DNA of 64,000 nucleotides from Magallana gigas (taxonomy: Eukaryota), in the NCBI RefSeq assembly GCF_963853765.1, contig NC_088858.1, forward strand, positions 41,292,001 through 41,356,000, read 5' to 3'. The position numbers were made by a program, and so were the translations under genes. The notes below the pieces were generated by a model that was not told where the DNA came from, did not search any database, and worked only from the letters and a program-made list of their open reading frames with translations. Positions 12,001 through 23,520 of the stretch are shown here, piece by piece (position 1 is the stretch's first letter; each line of letters opens with the position of its first letter).

Positions 12001-15000
12001 TGATGTTCCTCGAGTTGATGTCCTGTTGATGACCCTTAAGTTGATAGTCCTCCAGTAGGTGTCCTTTCATACCCCAGTAAATATCCAGTTGATGATCGTT
12101 CAGAAGATATCCTATTCATGTCATCCAATAGATGTACTGTTGATTATTCTCAGGTTGATGTCCTTTTGCGTATCCCTGATGATGATCCTACAGTCAATGG
12201 TCAAGCTGATAGTCCTCCTGTAAATGGTATTCTTAATTATCCACCAGAATATGCCCAATAAATATCCTGTTGATTGTCCTTCAGAAGATGTGCTGATGAA
12301 ATTTAAAACTAGAAGATGTCCAGCTGATGATCCTCTTGATGGCCTTTCAGTTGATTTCTTGCTGTAGGTCCTCCAGTATATGGTCCTTCCAGTAGGTATC
12401 CTGTAGCTGGTTCTCTTGTAGATTTTGATTTGATGATTCCTGAGATCATCAAATTTACAATTGGAGTAGATTGTCAGGTTGATGATCTTCCAAAAAGTGC
12501 CCTGTTGTTGGTCCTCTAGTAGATTGTCCATTTGATGATTTTCCAAAAGGTCACCTGCTTTTGTTCTTCTTGTAGTAGGTCCAGCTGATGATCTTCTAGT
12601 AAGTGTCCTGTAGTTGGTCCATTGGATGGTCAAGGCGATGATCTTTCAATGGGCGTTCTGTTGCTATTCCTCTGGAAGTAGTAGGTCCAGTTGATGATCC
12701 TCCAATAGGTGTCAAGTTGTTGATCCTCCGGTAAAAGGTCCCATTGATTTTCCAATAGTTTTTTGTGTTGTTGGTTCACCAGTAGATGGTTGAGTTGATG
12801 ATTTTCCAATAGGTGATAGGTTGTTGTTCCTCCGGTAAATGGTCTAGTTGATGACCTTCCAGTAAATGTCCTGTTGTTGGTCCTCAAGTAGATGGTTGAG
12901 TTGACGATCTTCCAAAAGTAATGTTATTGGTCATTCAGAAGATGTTCCAGTTGTTGATCTTCCAATTAGTGTTCTGTTCTTGGTCCTCAAGTAGCTGGTC
13001 CAGTTGATGATCTTCCAGTAAGTGTCCTGTTGTTGGTCCTCCAGTAGATGGTCAAGGCAGTGCTCTTCCAATAGATGTTCTGTTGTTGTTCCTTGGGAAG
13101 TAGGTGCAGTTGATTATCTTCCAATAGGTGTCAGGTAGTTGGTCCTCTAGTAGAGGGTCCAGTTGCTTATATTCTAATAGGAGCCCTCCGGAATATTGTT
13201 CAGTTCATGATCTTCATATAAGTGTCAGGTTGTTCAAATAGCTGGTCTACTTAATGATCTTTGAATTGGTGTCTTGTTGTTGAACTTTCAGTAAGTAGCC
13301 TGGTTGATTTATTCCTCAAATAGGTGGACCTCCAGTAAGTAGCTAGTCCAATTGATGATCTTCCAGTAAGTGTCCTGTTGTTGGTCCTCCAGTAGAAGGT
13401 CCATTTGATCTTCCAAAAGATGTCCTGTTGTTGGTCCTCCAGTAGTAGAAGGTCCAGTTCATGATCTTCCAATAGGTGTCCTGTTGCTGATCCTTCAATA
13501 GATGGTCATCCTGATGATCTTCTAATCTGCTGTTGTTCTTCTGGTATTAAGTCCAGTTGATGATCTTCCAGTAGGTGTTATGCTGTCTTCCGATAGGTGT
13601 TCTGTTGTAAGTCCTCCAGTAATTAGTTTAGATGATGATATTCCAATAGGTGTCCTGTTGTTGGTCCTCCAGTAGACAGTCCAGTTGATGTTCTTCCAAA
13701 AAAGTGTCCTGTTGTTGGCCCTTCAGTAGATGGTCTTCCTAATGATCTTCTAATCCGCTGTTGTTTTTCTGTTAGAAGATCCAGTTGATGATCTTCCAGT
13801 AGGTATTATTTTGTTGGTCATCTGATAAAGGTCCAGTTGATAATCTTCCCATATATGTCCAGAAGATCCAGTTGATGATCTTCCAGTAGGTGTTATTTTG
13901 TTGGTCATCTGATAGAAGGTCCAGTTGATAATCTTTCCATATATGTCCAGTTGTTGGTCCTCCAGTAGACAGTCCAGATGATGATCTTCCAAAAAAGTGT
14001 CCTGTTGTTGGCCCTCAAGTAGATGGTCCAGTGATGATCTTCCCATAAATGTCCTGGTGTTGGTCCTCCAGTAGATGGTCCAGTTGATAATCTTCCAATA
14101 AGAGTCCAGTTGTTGGTCCTGCAGTAGATGGTCGAGTTGATGATCTTCCAATAGGTGTTCTGTTGTTGGTCCTCCGGTAGATAGTCCAATGATGATCTTC
14201 CCATCAATGTCCTGTTGTTGGCCCTCAAGTAAATGGTCCAGTGATGATCTTCCCAAAGTAGATGGTCCAGTGATGATCTTCCCATCAATGTCCTGTTGTT
14301 GGTCCTCCAATAGATGGTCCAGTTGATAATTTTCCATAGATATCCTGTTGTTGGTCCTCCAGTAGATGGTCCAGTGATGATCTTCCCATAGATGTCCTGT
14401 TGTTGTTCCTCCAGTGGATGGTCCAGTGATGATCTTCCTATAAATGTCCTGTTGTTGGTCTTCCAGTGGATAGTCTAGTTGATGATCTTTCAATTGGAGT
14501 TCTGTTGTTGGTCCTACGGTAGATGGTCCAGTGATGATCTTCCCATAGATGTCCTGTTGTTGGCCCTCAAGTAGATGGTCCAGTGACGATCTTCCCATAG
14601 ATGTCCTGTTGTTGGTCCTCCAGTGGATGGTCCAGTTGATGATCTTCCAATAAGTGTCCAGTTGTTGGTCCTGCAGTAGATGGTCCAGTTGATGATCTTC
14701 CAATAGGTGTCCTGTTGTTGGTCCTCCAGAAGACAGTCCAGTTAATGATCTCCCAAAAAAGTGTTCTGTTGTTGGCCCTCAAGTAGACGGTCCAGTGATG
14801 ATCTTCCCATCAATGTCCTGTTGTTGGTCCTCCAGTAGATGGTTCAGTTGATGTTCTTCCAATAAGAGTCCAGTTGTTGGTCCTGCAGTAGATGATCTTC
14901 CCATAAATGTCCTGTTGTTGGTCCTCCGAGAGATGGTCCAGTTGATGATTTTCCAATAAGAGTCCAGTTGTTGGTCCTGCAGTAGATGGTCCAGTTGATG

Positions 15001-18000
15001 ATCTTCCAATAGGTGTTCTGTTGTTGGTCCTCCGGTAGATGGTCCAATGATGATCTTCCCATCAATGTCCTGTTGTTGGCCCTCAAGTAGATGGTCCAGT
15101 GATAATCTTCCCAACATAGATGGTCCAGTGATGATCTTCCCATCAATGTCCCGTTGTTGGTCCTCCAGTAGACGGTCCAGTTGATAATTTTTCCATAGAT
15201 GTCCTGTTGTCTGTCCTCCAGTAGATGGTCCAGTGATGATCTTCCCATAAATGTCCTGTTGTTGGTCCTCTGGGAGATGGTCCGGTTGATAATCTTTCCA
15301 ATCAATGTCCTGTTGTTGGTCCTGCAGTGGATGGTCCAGTGATGATCTTCCTATAAATGTCCTGTTGTTTGTCTTCCAGTGGATAGTCCAGTTGATGATC
15401 TTTCAAAAGGAGTTCTGTTGTTGGTCCTCCGGTAGATGGTCCAGTGATGATCTTCCCATAGATGTCCTGTTGTTGGTCCTCCAGTGGATGGTCCTGTTGA
15501 TGATCTTTCAATTGGAGTTCTGTTGTTGGTCCTACGGTAGATGGTCCAGTGATGATCTTCCCATAGATGTCCTGTTGTTGGTCCTCCAGTGGATGGTCCT
15601 GTTGATGATCTTCCAATTAGTGTCCAGTTGTTGGTCCTCCGGTAGATGGTCCAGTGATAATCTTCCAATAGGTGTCCTGTTGTTAGTCCTCAAGTAGACA
15701 GTCCAGTTGATGATCTTCCAAAAAAGTGTCCTGTTGTTGGCCCTCAAGTAGACGGTCCAGTGATGATCTTCCCATCAATGTCCTGTTGTTGGTCCTCCAG
15801 TAGATGGTTCAGTTGATGTTCTTCCAATAAGAGTCCAGTTGTTGGTCCTGCAGTAGATGATCTTCCCATAAATGTCCTGTTGTTGGTCCTCCGAGAGATG
15901 GTCCAGTTGATAATCTTTCCATAGATGTCCTGTTGTTGGTCCTCCAGTAGATGGTCCAGTGATGATCTTCCCATAAATGTCCTGTTGTTGGTCCTCTGGG
16001 AGATGGTCCAGTTGATAATCTTTCCATAGATGTCCTGTTGTTGGTCCTCCAGTGGATGGTCCAATGATGATCTTCCCATCAATGTCCTGTTGTTGGCCCT
16101 CAAGTAGACGGTCCAGTTGATAATTTTTCCATAGATGTCCTGTTGTTGGTCCTCCAGTAGATGGTCCAGTGATAATCTTCCCATAAATGTCCTGTTGTTG
16201 GTCCTCTGGGAGATGGTCCAGTTGATAATCTTTCCATAGATGTCCTGTTGTTGGTCCTCCAGTGGATGGTCCAGTGATGATCTTCCTATAAATGTCCTGT
16301 TGTTGGTCTTCCAGTGGATAGTGTAGTTGATGATCTTTCAATAGGAGTTCTGTTGTTGGTCCTCCGGTAGATGGTCCAGTGATGATCTTCCCATAGATGT
16401 CCTGTTGTTGGTCCTCCAGTGGATTTTCCTGTTGATGATCTTCCAATAAGTGTCCAGTTGTTTGTCCTGCAGTTGATTGTCCAGTTGATGATTTTCAAAT
16501 AGGTGTTCTGTTGTTGGTCCTCCAGTAGATGGTCCAATGATGATCATCCCATCAATGTCCTGTTGTTGGCCCTCAAGTAGACGGTCCAGTTGATAATTTT
16601 TCCATAGATGTCCTGTTGTTGGTCCTCCAGTAGATGGTCCAGTGATAATCTTCCCATAAATGTCCTGTTGTTGGCCCTCAAGTAGACGGTCCAGTTGATA
16701 ATTTTTCCATAGATGTCCTGTTGTTGGTCCTCCAGTAGATGGTCCAGTGATGATCTTCCCATAAATGTCCTGTTGTTGGTCCTCTGGGAGATGGTCCAGT
16801 TGATAATCTTTCCATAGATGTCCTGTTGTTGGTCCTCCAGTGGATGGTCCAATGATGATCTTCCCATCAATGTCCTGTTGTTGGCCCTCAAGTAGACGGT
16901 CCAGTTGATAATTTTTCCATAGATGTCCTGTTGTTGGTCCTCCAGTAGATGGTCCAGTGATGATCTTCCCATAAATGTCCTGTTGTTGGTCCTCTTGGAG
17001 ATGGTCCAGTTGATAATCTTTCCATAGATGTCCTGTTGTTGGTCCTCCAGTGGATGGTCCAGTGATGATCTTCCTATAAATGTCCTGTTGTTGGTCTTCC
17101 AGTGGATAGTCTAGTTGATGATCTTTCAATAGGAGTTCTGTTGTTGGTCCTCCAGTAGATGGTCCAGTGATGATCTTCCCATAGATGTCCTGTTGTTGGT
17201 CCTCCAGTGGATTTTCCTGTTGATGATCTTCCAATAAGTGTCCAGTTGTTTGTCCTGCAGTTGATTGTCCAGTTGATGATTTTCAAATAGGTGTTCTGTT
17301 GTTGGTCCTCCAGTAGATGGTCCAATGATGATCATCCCATCAATGTCCTGTTGTTGGCCCTCAAGAAGATGGTCCAGTGATGATCTTCCTATTAATGTCC
17401 TGTTGTTGGTCCTCCAGAAGATGGTCCAGTTGATAATTTTCCATAGATCTCCTTTTGTTAGTCCTCCAGAAGATGGTCCAGTGATGATCTTCCCATAGAT
17501 GTCCTGTTGTTGGTCCTCCAGTGGATGGTCCAGCTGATGATCTTCCAATAAGTGTCTAGTTTTTGGTCCTCCAGTGGATAGTCCAGTTGATGATCTTCCA
17601 ATAGGTGTTCTGTTGTTGGTCTTCAGTAGATGGTCCTGTGATGATTTTTCCATAAATGCCCTGTTGTTAATCCTCCAGTTGATAGTCCAGTTGATTTGTT
17701 TTATAGGTGTCCTGTTGTTGGTCCCCTAGGAGATAGTCCAGTTGATGATCTTCCAATAGGTGTCCTGTTATTGGTCCTCCAGAAGAGTCCAGTTGATGAT
17801 CTTCCAATAATTGTCCTGTTGTTGGTCCTGCAGTAAATGGTCCGGTTCAGGTGATTGTCTTCCAATAGGCGTTCTGTTGTTGGTTATCTAGTAGATGTTA
17901 AATTGCTTTTCTGTAAACTGTAAAATACTTTCCCTCATAAAAATAATGTAATTATCTTTGCATTTACTATTACTAAGTGTTTTCTCTCATATGATTTGTT

Positions 18001-21000
18001 GATAATTCTCTGTAATTATTGTACCTGAAAAGTTTTGCTTTATCTTCTTCCTATATTTGTCAGTAAATGGTTTGTTGATTTATTGCTAATGGATCGTTTG
18101 TTGATGGTACTCTAGTTGTTGATCTACCAGTAGTACTGTCCTGTTGGAAGTCAACCATTGCTGCTCTTTACATCAATGTCCTACAGAAGATGCCTTGTTC
18201 ATTGTCCACTAGTAGATCCCCAATGAAACAGTGATGTCATCTTTCACCAAAATTTCATCATGTTTACCCCTCAGGTTGATTTTCGCTACAATAGATTACC
18301 TCTCCTTTACTCCAAATCCAATCCATCATTTGTGCATTTTTTATTGTCTTTATGAAGATGCCTTGTTAATTGTCCACCAGTAGATCCTCTTATAATCAGT
18401 GACATTATCTTCCACCAAAATTGCATCATGTTTACTCCTCAAGTCGATGTTCTCTACAATAAAAATACCTCTCCATTCCCTTCAAAAATCCAACTCAAAT
18501 CCATCTAGTGCGTGTTTTATCATTCTGTCAAAGAGGCAACCAGTGTGTACTCTTGCAGGATATGTTTGCGACGTGGTAGACATTCATGATGGCACTTCTC
18601 CTGTCTTCTGCAAATAAAAGCAAAAAATACTAGTACTTACACCTACTTAACAAGCAATCTTGTTGCCAATGTTCCTATTCCTTAGGTGGCCTGATGATCT
18701 TTCTCCAGGACAAGTCCCGCTGATGATTCCCCAGTTGATGTCATGTTGATAAGCCCCTTGTAGCTGTTCTGCTGATGATCATCCAGTTGATGTCATATTG
18801 ATGAACCCTCAGTAGATGTCACATTGATGGTCCTCAAAGTCTGTCCTGTTGATAGTCCTCTGTAGATGTCAAGTTTTATAAAGATCCTCTAGTATCCTAT
18901 TCTGAGATCTGCTTCTTTCCCCCCAGTAGGTCCTGTTGTTTGTCCTCCAGTAGATGGTCCAGTTGATAATCTTCTAATAAGTGCCCAGTTGTTGGTCCTC
19001 CAGTAGATGGTCCAGTTGATGATCTTCCAATAAGTGTCCTGTTGTTGTTCCTCCAGTAGATGGTCCAGCTGATGATATAGGTGTACTTATGAAAGTCCTC
19101 AAATAGGTTGTCCAGTTGTTAATCTACCAATAATTGTCCTGTTGTTGGTCCTCCAGTAGATGGTCTAGTGATGAACTTTCCATGTAGATGTCCCGTTGTT
19201 GGTCCTCCTGTAGATGGTCCAGTGATGATCTTCACATGTAGAAGTCCTGTTGTTGTCCTGTTGTTGTTCCTCCAGTAGATGGTCGAGTGGATGATCTTCC
19301 AATGGGTGTTCTGATGTTGGTCTTCCAGTAGATGGTCCAGTTGATGATCTTTCAATAGGTGTTCTGTTGTTGGTTCTCTTGTAGATGTTATTTTGCTTTT
19401 CTGTAAAATGTAAAATTCTTTCCTTTATAAGAAGAATCTAATTGTCTTTACATTTACAATGTTTTCTTTCATATGATTTGCTGATCATTCTCTGTAATTA
19501 TTGTACCTTAAAATATTTGCTCAAAGGTTCTATCTTAATTAGTATGTTGTTGATTAACTGCTGATAAATATTCTGTTGAAGGTACTCTAGTCGTTGATCT
19601 ACCAGTTGTACTCTGTCCTGCTGGAAGTCAACCATAGTTGCCCCTTACATTGTCTTACTAAAGATGCCATGTTAATAGTCCACCAGTAGATCTCAAATGT
19701 AACAGTCATGTCTTCTTCCACCAAAATGTCCTCATGTTTACCTCTCAAGTCCATGTTCTCTACAATAAATTACCTCTCCTTTTGAATAAGAAACTCCAAA
19801 TCCAATCCATCTTCTATGTATTGTCTATTGTCCTACAGAAGATGCCTTATTCATTCTCCACCAGTAGATCCCTAATGAACCAGTGACGTCACCTTCCACC
19901 AAAATTGCATCATGTTTACTCCTCAAGTCGATGTTCTCTACAATAAAAATACCTCTCCCATTCCTTTCAAAACTCCAACTCAAGTCCATCTTGTCCATGT
20001 TTTATCATTCTGTCAAAGAGGCAACCAGTGTGTACTCTTGAAGGATAAGTTTGCGGTGTGGTAGACATTCATGATGGCACTCCTCCTGCCTTCTGCAAAT
20101 AAAAGCAAAAATACTAGTACCTGCCCCTGCTTACCAAGAAATCTTGTTGCCAAAGTTCCTTTTCCTTAGGTTGCCTGATGATCTTTCTCAAGAACAAGTC
20201 CCGCTGATGATTCCCCAGTTGATGTCATGTTGATGAGCCCCTTGTAGCTATTCTGCTGATGATCATCCAGTTGATGTCATATTGATGAACCCTCAGTAGA
20301 TGTCACATTGATGGTCCTCAAAGTCTGTCCTGTTGATAGTCCTCTGTAGATGTCAAGTTTTATAAAGATCCTCCAGTATCCTATTCTGAGATGCTCTGCT
20401 TATTTTCCCCCATTAGGTCCTGTTGTTTGTCCTCCAGAAGATGGTCCAGTTGATGATCTTCTAATAAGTGTCCTGTTGTTGGTCCTCCAGTAGATGGTCC
20501 AGTTGATGATCTTCCAATAATTGTCCTGTTGTTGTTCCTCTAGTAGATGGTCCAGCTGATGATCTTTGAATAGACGTCCTTATGAAAGTCCTCCAGTAGA
20601 TGGTCCAGTGCTGATCTTCCCATGTAGATGTCCTGTTGTTGGTCCTCCAGTAGATGGTCCAGTGATGATCTTCCCATGCAGATGTCCTGTTCTTGGTCCT
20701 CCAGTAGATTGTCCGGTTGATGATCTTCTAATAACTGTCTTGTTGTTGGTCCTCCAGTAGATGGTCCAGTGATGATCTTCCTATGTAGAAGTCCTGTTGT
20801 TGTTCTTCCAGTAGATGGTCGAGTGGATGATCTTCCTATGGGTGTTCTGTTGTAGGTCTTCAAGTAGATTGTCCAGTTGATGATCTTTCAATAGGTGTTC
20901 TGTCGTTGGTTCTCTTATAGATGTAATTTTGCTTTTCTGTAAAATATAAAATTCTTTCCTTTACATTGTCCTTACATTTACTATGTTTTCTTTCATATGA

Positions 21001-22960
21001 TTTCATATGATTTGCTGATCATTCTCTGTAATTATTGTACCTTAAAATATTTGCTCAAAGGTTCTATCTTAATTAGTGTGCTGTTAATTAACTGCTTATT
21101 AATCTTCTGTTGATGGTACTCTAGTTGTTGATCTACCAGTTGTACCATGTCCTGCTGGAAGTCAACCATAGTTGCCCCTTACATTGTCTTACTAAAGATG
21201 CCATGTTAATTGTCCACCAGTTGATCCCAAATGTAACAGTCATGTCTTCTTCCACCAAAATGTCATCATGTTTACCCCTCAAGTCGATGTTCTCTACAAT
21301 AAATTACCTCTCCTTTTGAATAAGAAACTCCAACTCCAGTCCATCTTCTATGTATTGTCTATTGTCCTACAGAAAATTCCTTGTTCATTGTCCACTAGTA
21401 GATCCCTAATGAACCAGTGATGTCATCTTCCACCAAAATTGCATCATGTTTACTCCTCAAGTCGATATTCTCTACAATAAAAATACCCCTCCCATTCCTT
21501 TCAAAACTCCAACTCAAATCCATCTTGTCCATGTTTTATCATTCTGTCAGAGAGGCAACCAGTGTGTACTCTTGCAGGATATGTTTGCGACGTGGGAGAC
21601 ATTCATGATGGCACTCCTCCTGCCTTCTGCAAATAAAAGCAAAAATACTAATACCTGCCCCTCCTTACCAAGAAATCTTCCCATAGATGCCCTGTTGTTT
21701 GTCCTCCAGTAGATGGTCAATAGGTTTACTTATAAATGTCCTCAAAAAAATTGTCCAGTTGATGATCTTTAAGTAGGTGTTCTGTTGTTGGTCCTCCAGT
21801 CGATGGTCCAGTGATGATCTTCCAATAGGTGTTCTGTTGGTCCTCCAGTAGATGGTCAAGTTGATGATCTTCCAATAAGTGTCCTGATGTTGTTCCTTCA
21901 GTAGATGATCTTCACATAGATGTCCTATTGTTGTCCAGTAGATGGTCCAGTTGACAATCTTTTAATAGATGTCCTGTTTTTGGTCCTCCAGAAAGAAGTC
22001 CAGTTGATGATCTTTTAATAGGTCCTGTTGATGGTCCTCCAGATGATGGTCCAGTTGATCTTCCAAAAGGTGTCCTGTTGTTGGTCATTCAAAAAATAGT
22101 ACAGTTGGTGATCTTTCAAAAGGTGTCCTCATGTTGGTCAATCAGTAGATGGTCTAGTTGATGATCTTCCAATAGGTATCAAGTTGTTGGTCTTTAAGTA
22201 AATGTTATTTTGCTTTTCTGTCAACTGTAAAATACTTTCCTTTATAAAAAGAATGTAATTGTATTTACATTTACAATTGCTGTGTGGGTTTTTTCATATG
22301 ATTTGCTGATAATTCCTTGTTATTAATGTACCTGCAAATATTTGCTTATGTGTTGTTGATTTCTAATGGATCTTTTGTTGATGTTACTCTAGATGTTCAT
22401 CTACCAGTAGTACTGTGTCCTGTTTGAAGTCAACCAGAGTTGCCCCTTATATTGTCCTACTTAATTGTCCTCCAGTAGATCCGCAGTGCACCAGTGACGT
22501 CATCTTCCCCAAACACTGCATCATGTTTACTCTTAAAGATGATGATCTCTACAATAAATTACCTCTCCTTTTCCCTCCAAATCAATTCCATCTTTCCTTA
22601 GGTGGCCTGATGATCTTTCTTCAGGAAATGTCCCACTGATGATGCTCTAGTTGATGTCATGTTGATGAGCCCCTTGTAGCTGTCCTGCTGGTGATCATCC
22701 ATTTGATGACAGTTTGGTGATCCCTCAAGTAGACGTCCCTTTGATAGTCCTCAGTAGATATCCTGTTGTTGATCTTCCATTAAATGATGTGTTGATGGTT
22801 CTCCAGTATATGTCCTATTGATGATCCTCCAGTTGAAATCATGTAAATAATCCACTGGACTTTACTGATGGGGGCTCTTTTGCAACTGTTTTTCATTTAA
22901 AATTAACTTGCAGATGGTTTGTATCCAGTTGATGGTCCTCCAGTAATCAACTGATGATAT
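9050..22960. repeat. ~14-kb minisatellite array: 26/27-bp monomer, 52/53-bp dimer in the homogenised core (about 13500-17880)
   Basis: Core consensus GTAGATGGTCCAGT(T)GATGATCTTCCC-ATAGATGTCCTGTTGTTGGTCCTCCA. Monomers are degenerate at 9050-13400, and a higher-order duplication has a 788-bp offset (16261 versus 17049). Confidence 0.95.
11087..11236. mobile_element. TA-targeting MITE inserted into the satellite
   Basis: Imperfect TIRs CCTGCAGATCTGTA / TACAGATCCGCAGC flanked by TA on both sides. Same family as 31799-31942 and 43743-44520. Confidence 0.75.
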
Positions 22961-23520
22961 TTTAGTAATGTTTTATTGATGGTCATCGTAATTGGGGTTT
23001 TTTTTTTTGCATTCCTTTAAACTATCAAATACTCTTCTTTATAAAAGTACCGTAATGTGTTTCTGAAAAAAAAATTGATCTTTTGATAATTTTATTCAGT
23101 TATGTACCTTAAAGTTTACTGAAATTTTCTTTCAATGTTTGATCGTCGGTGAATGCAACGTTCAATGCTAATGGATCATTTGTTGATGGTACTCTTGTTT
23201 ATTATCTACCTGAAGTAGGGTGTCCTGTCAAGTGTCAATGAGAGTTGTCTTTTATTTTCCTTTTTTCCTAAGACATTGTCCAAAAGTTGATCCCCAAGGA
23301 ACCAGTCCCTTCATCTGTCCTTATATCTATTTGTATCATTCTTATAGTCCTTCACTAGATGTTTTCTACAAAAAATTACCTTTCCCTTTCCCTTATTATT
23401 TCCCAATGCCTGTTTTATTATCCCCTCAGAGCCGCAGTCAGTATTTCACTCCTTCATGGATGCTTTTGACTTGATTGACATTCATGGCAGCATTGTGCTT
23501 TCACATTCTGCAAAAAAATG
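17890..23520 (-). pseudogene. Five tandem exon-intron modules of a decayed repetitive (Ser/Thr/Gly/Pro-rich, mucin-like) gene
   Basis: Minus-strand GT-AG segments at 17911-18024, 19401-19506, 20937-21040, 22218-22331 and 23015-23107 lie at the same position in each 0.8-1.5-kb module. Flanking sequence translates to STTGRSTTRVPST- and TSTREPTT-like peptides but carries stops and frameshifts. Confidence 0.5.

Noticed and set aside
12121-20863. Dozens of overlapping minus-strand ORFs as annotated protein genes
   Set aside because: They arise from a stop-poor tandem repeat, mostly lack true ATG starts, and switch motif with each frameshift. Kept only as a hypothesis in the findings.
21628-21655. 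28-32-nt GT...AG segments in each module (also near 20097 and 23505)
   Set aside because: Too short for spliceosomal introns. Only the acceptor-like end may be meaningful and no partner donor could be assigned.
9050-22960. CRISPR-like array
   Set aside because: Units are head-to-tail with no unique spacers, there are no cas genes, and the context is eukaryotic.
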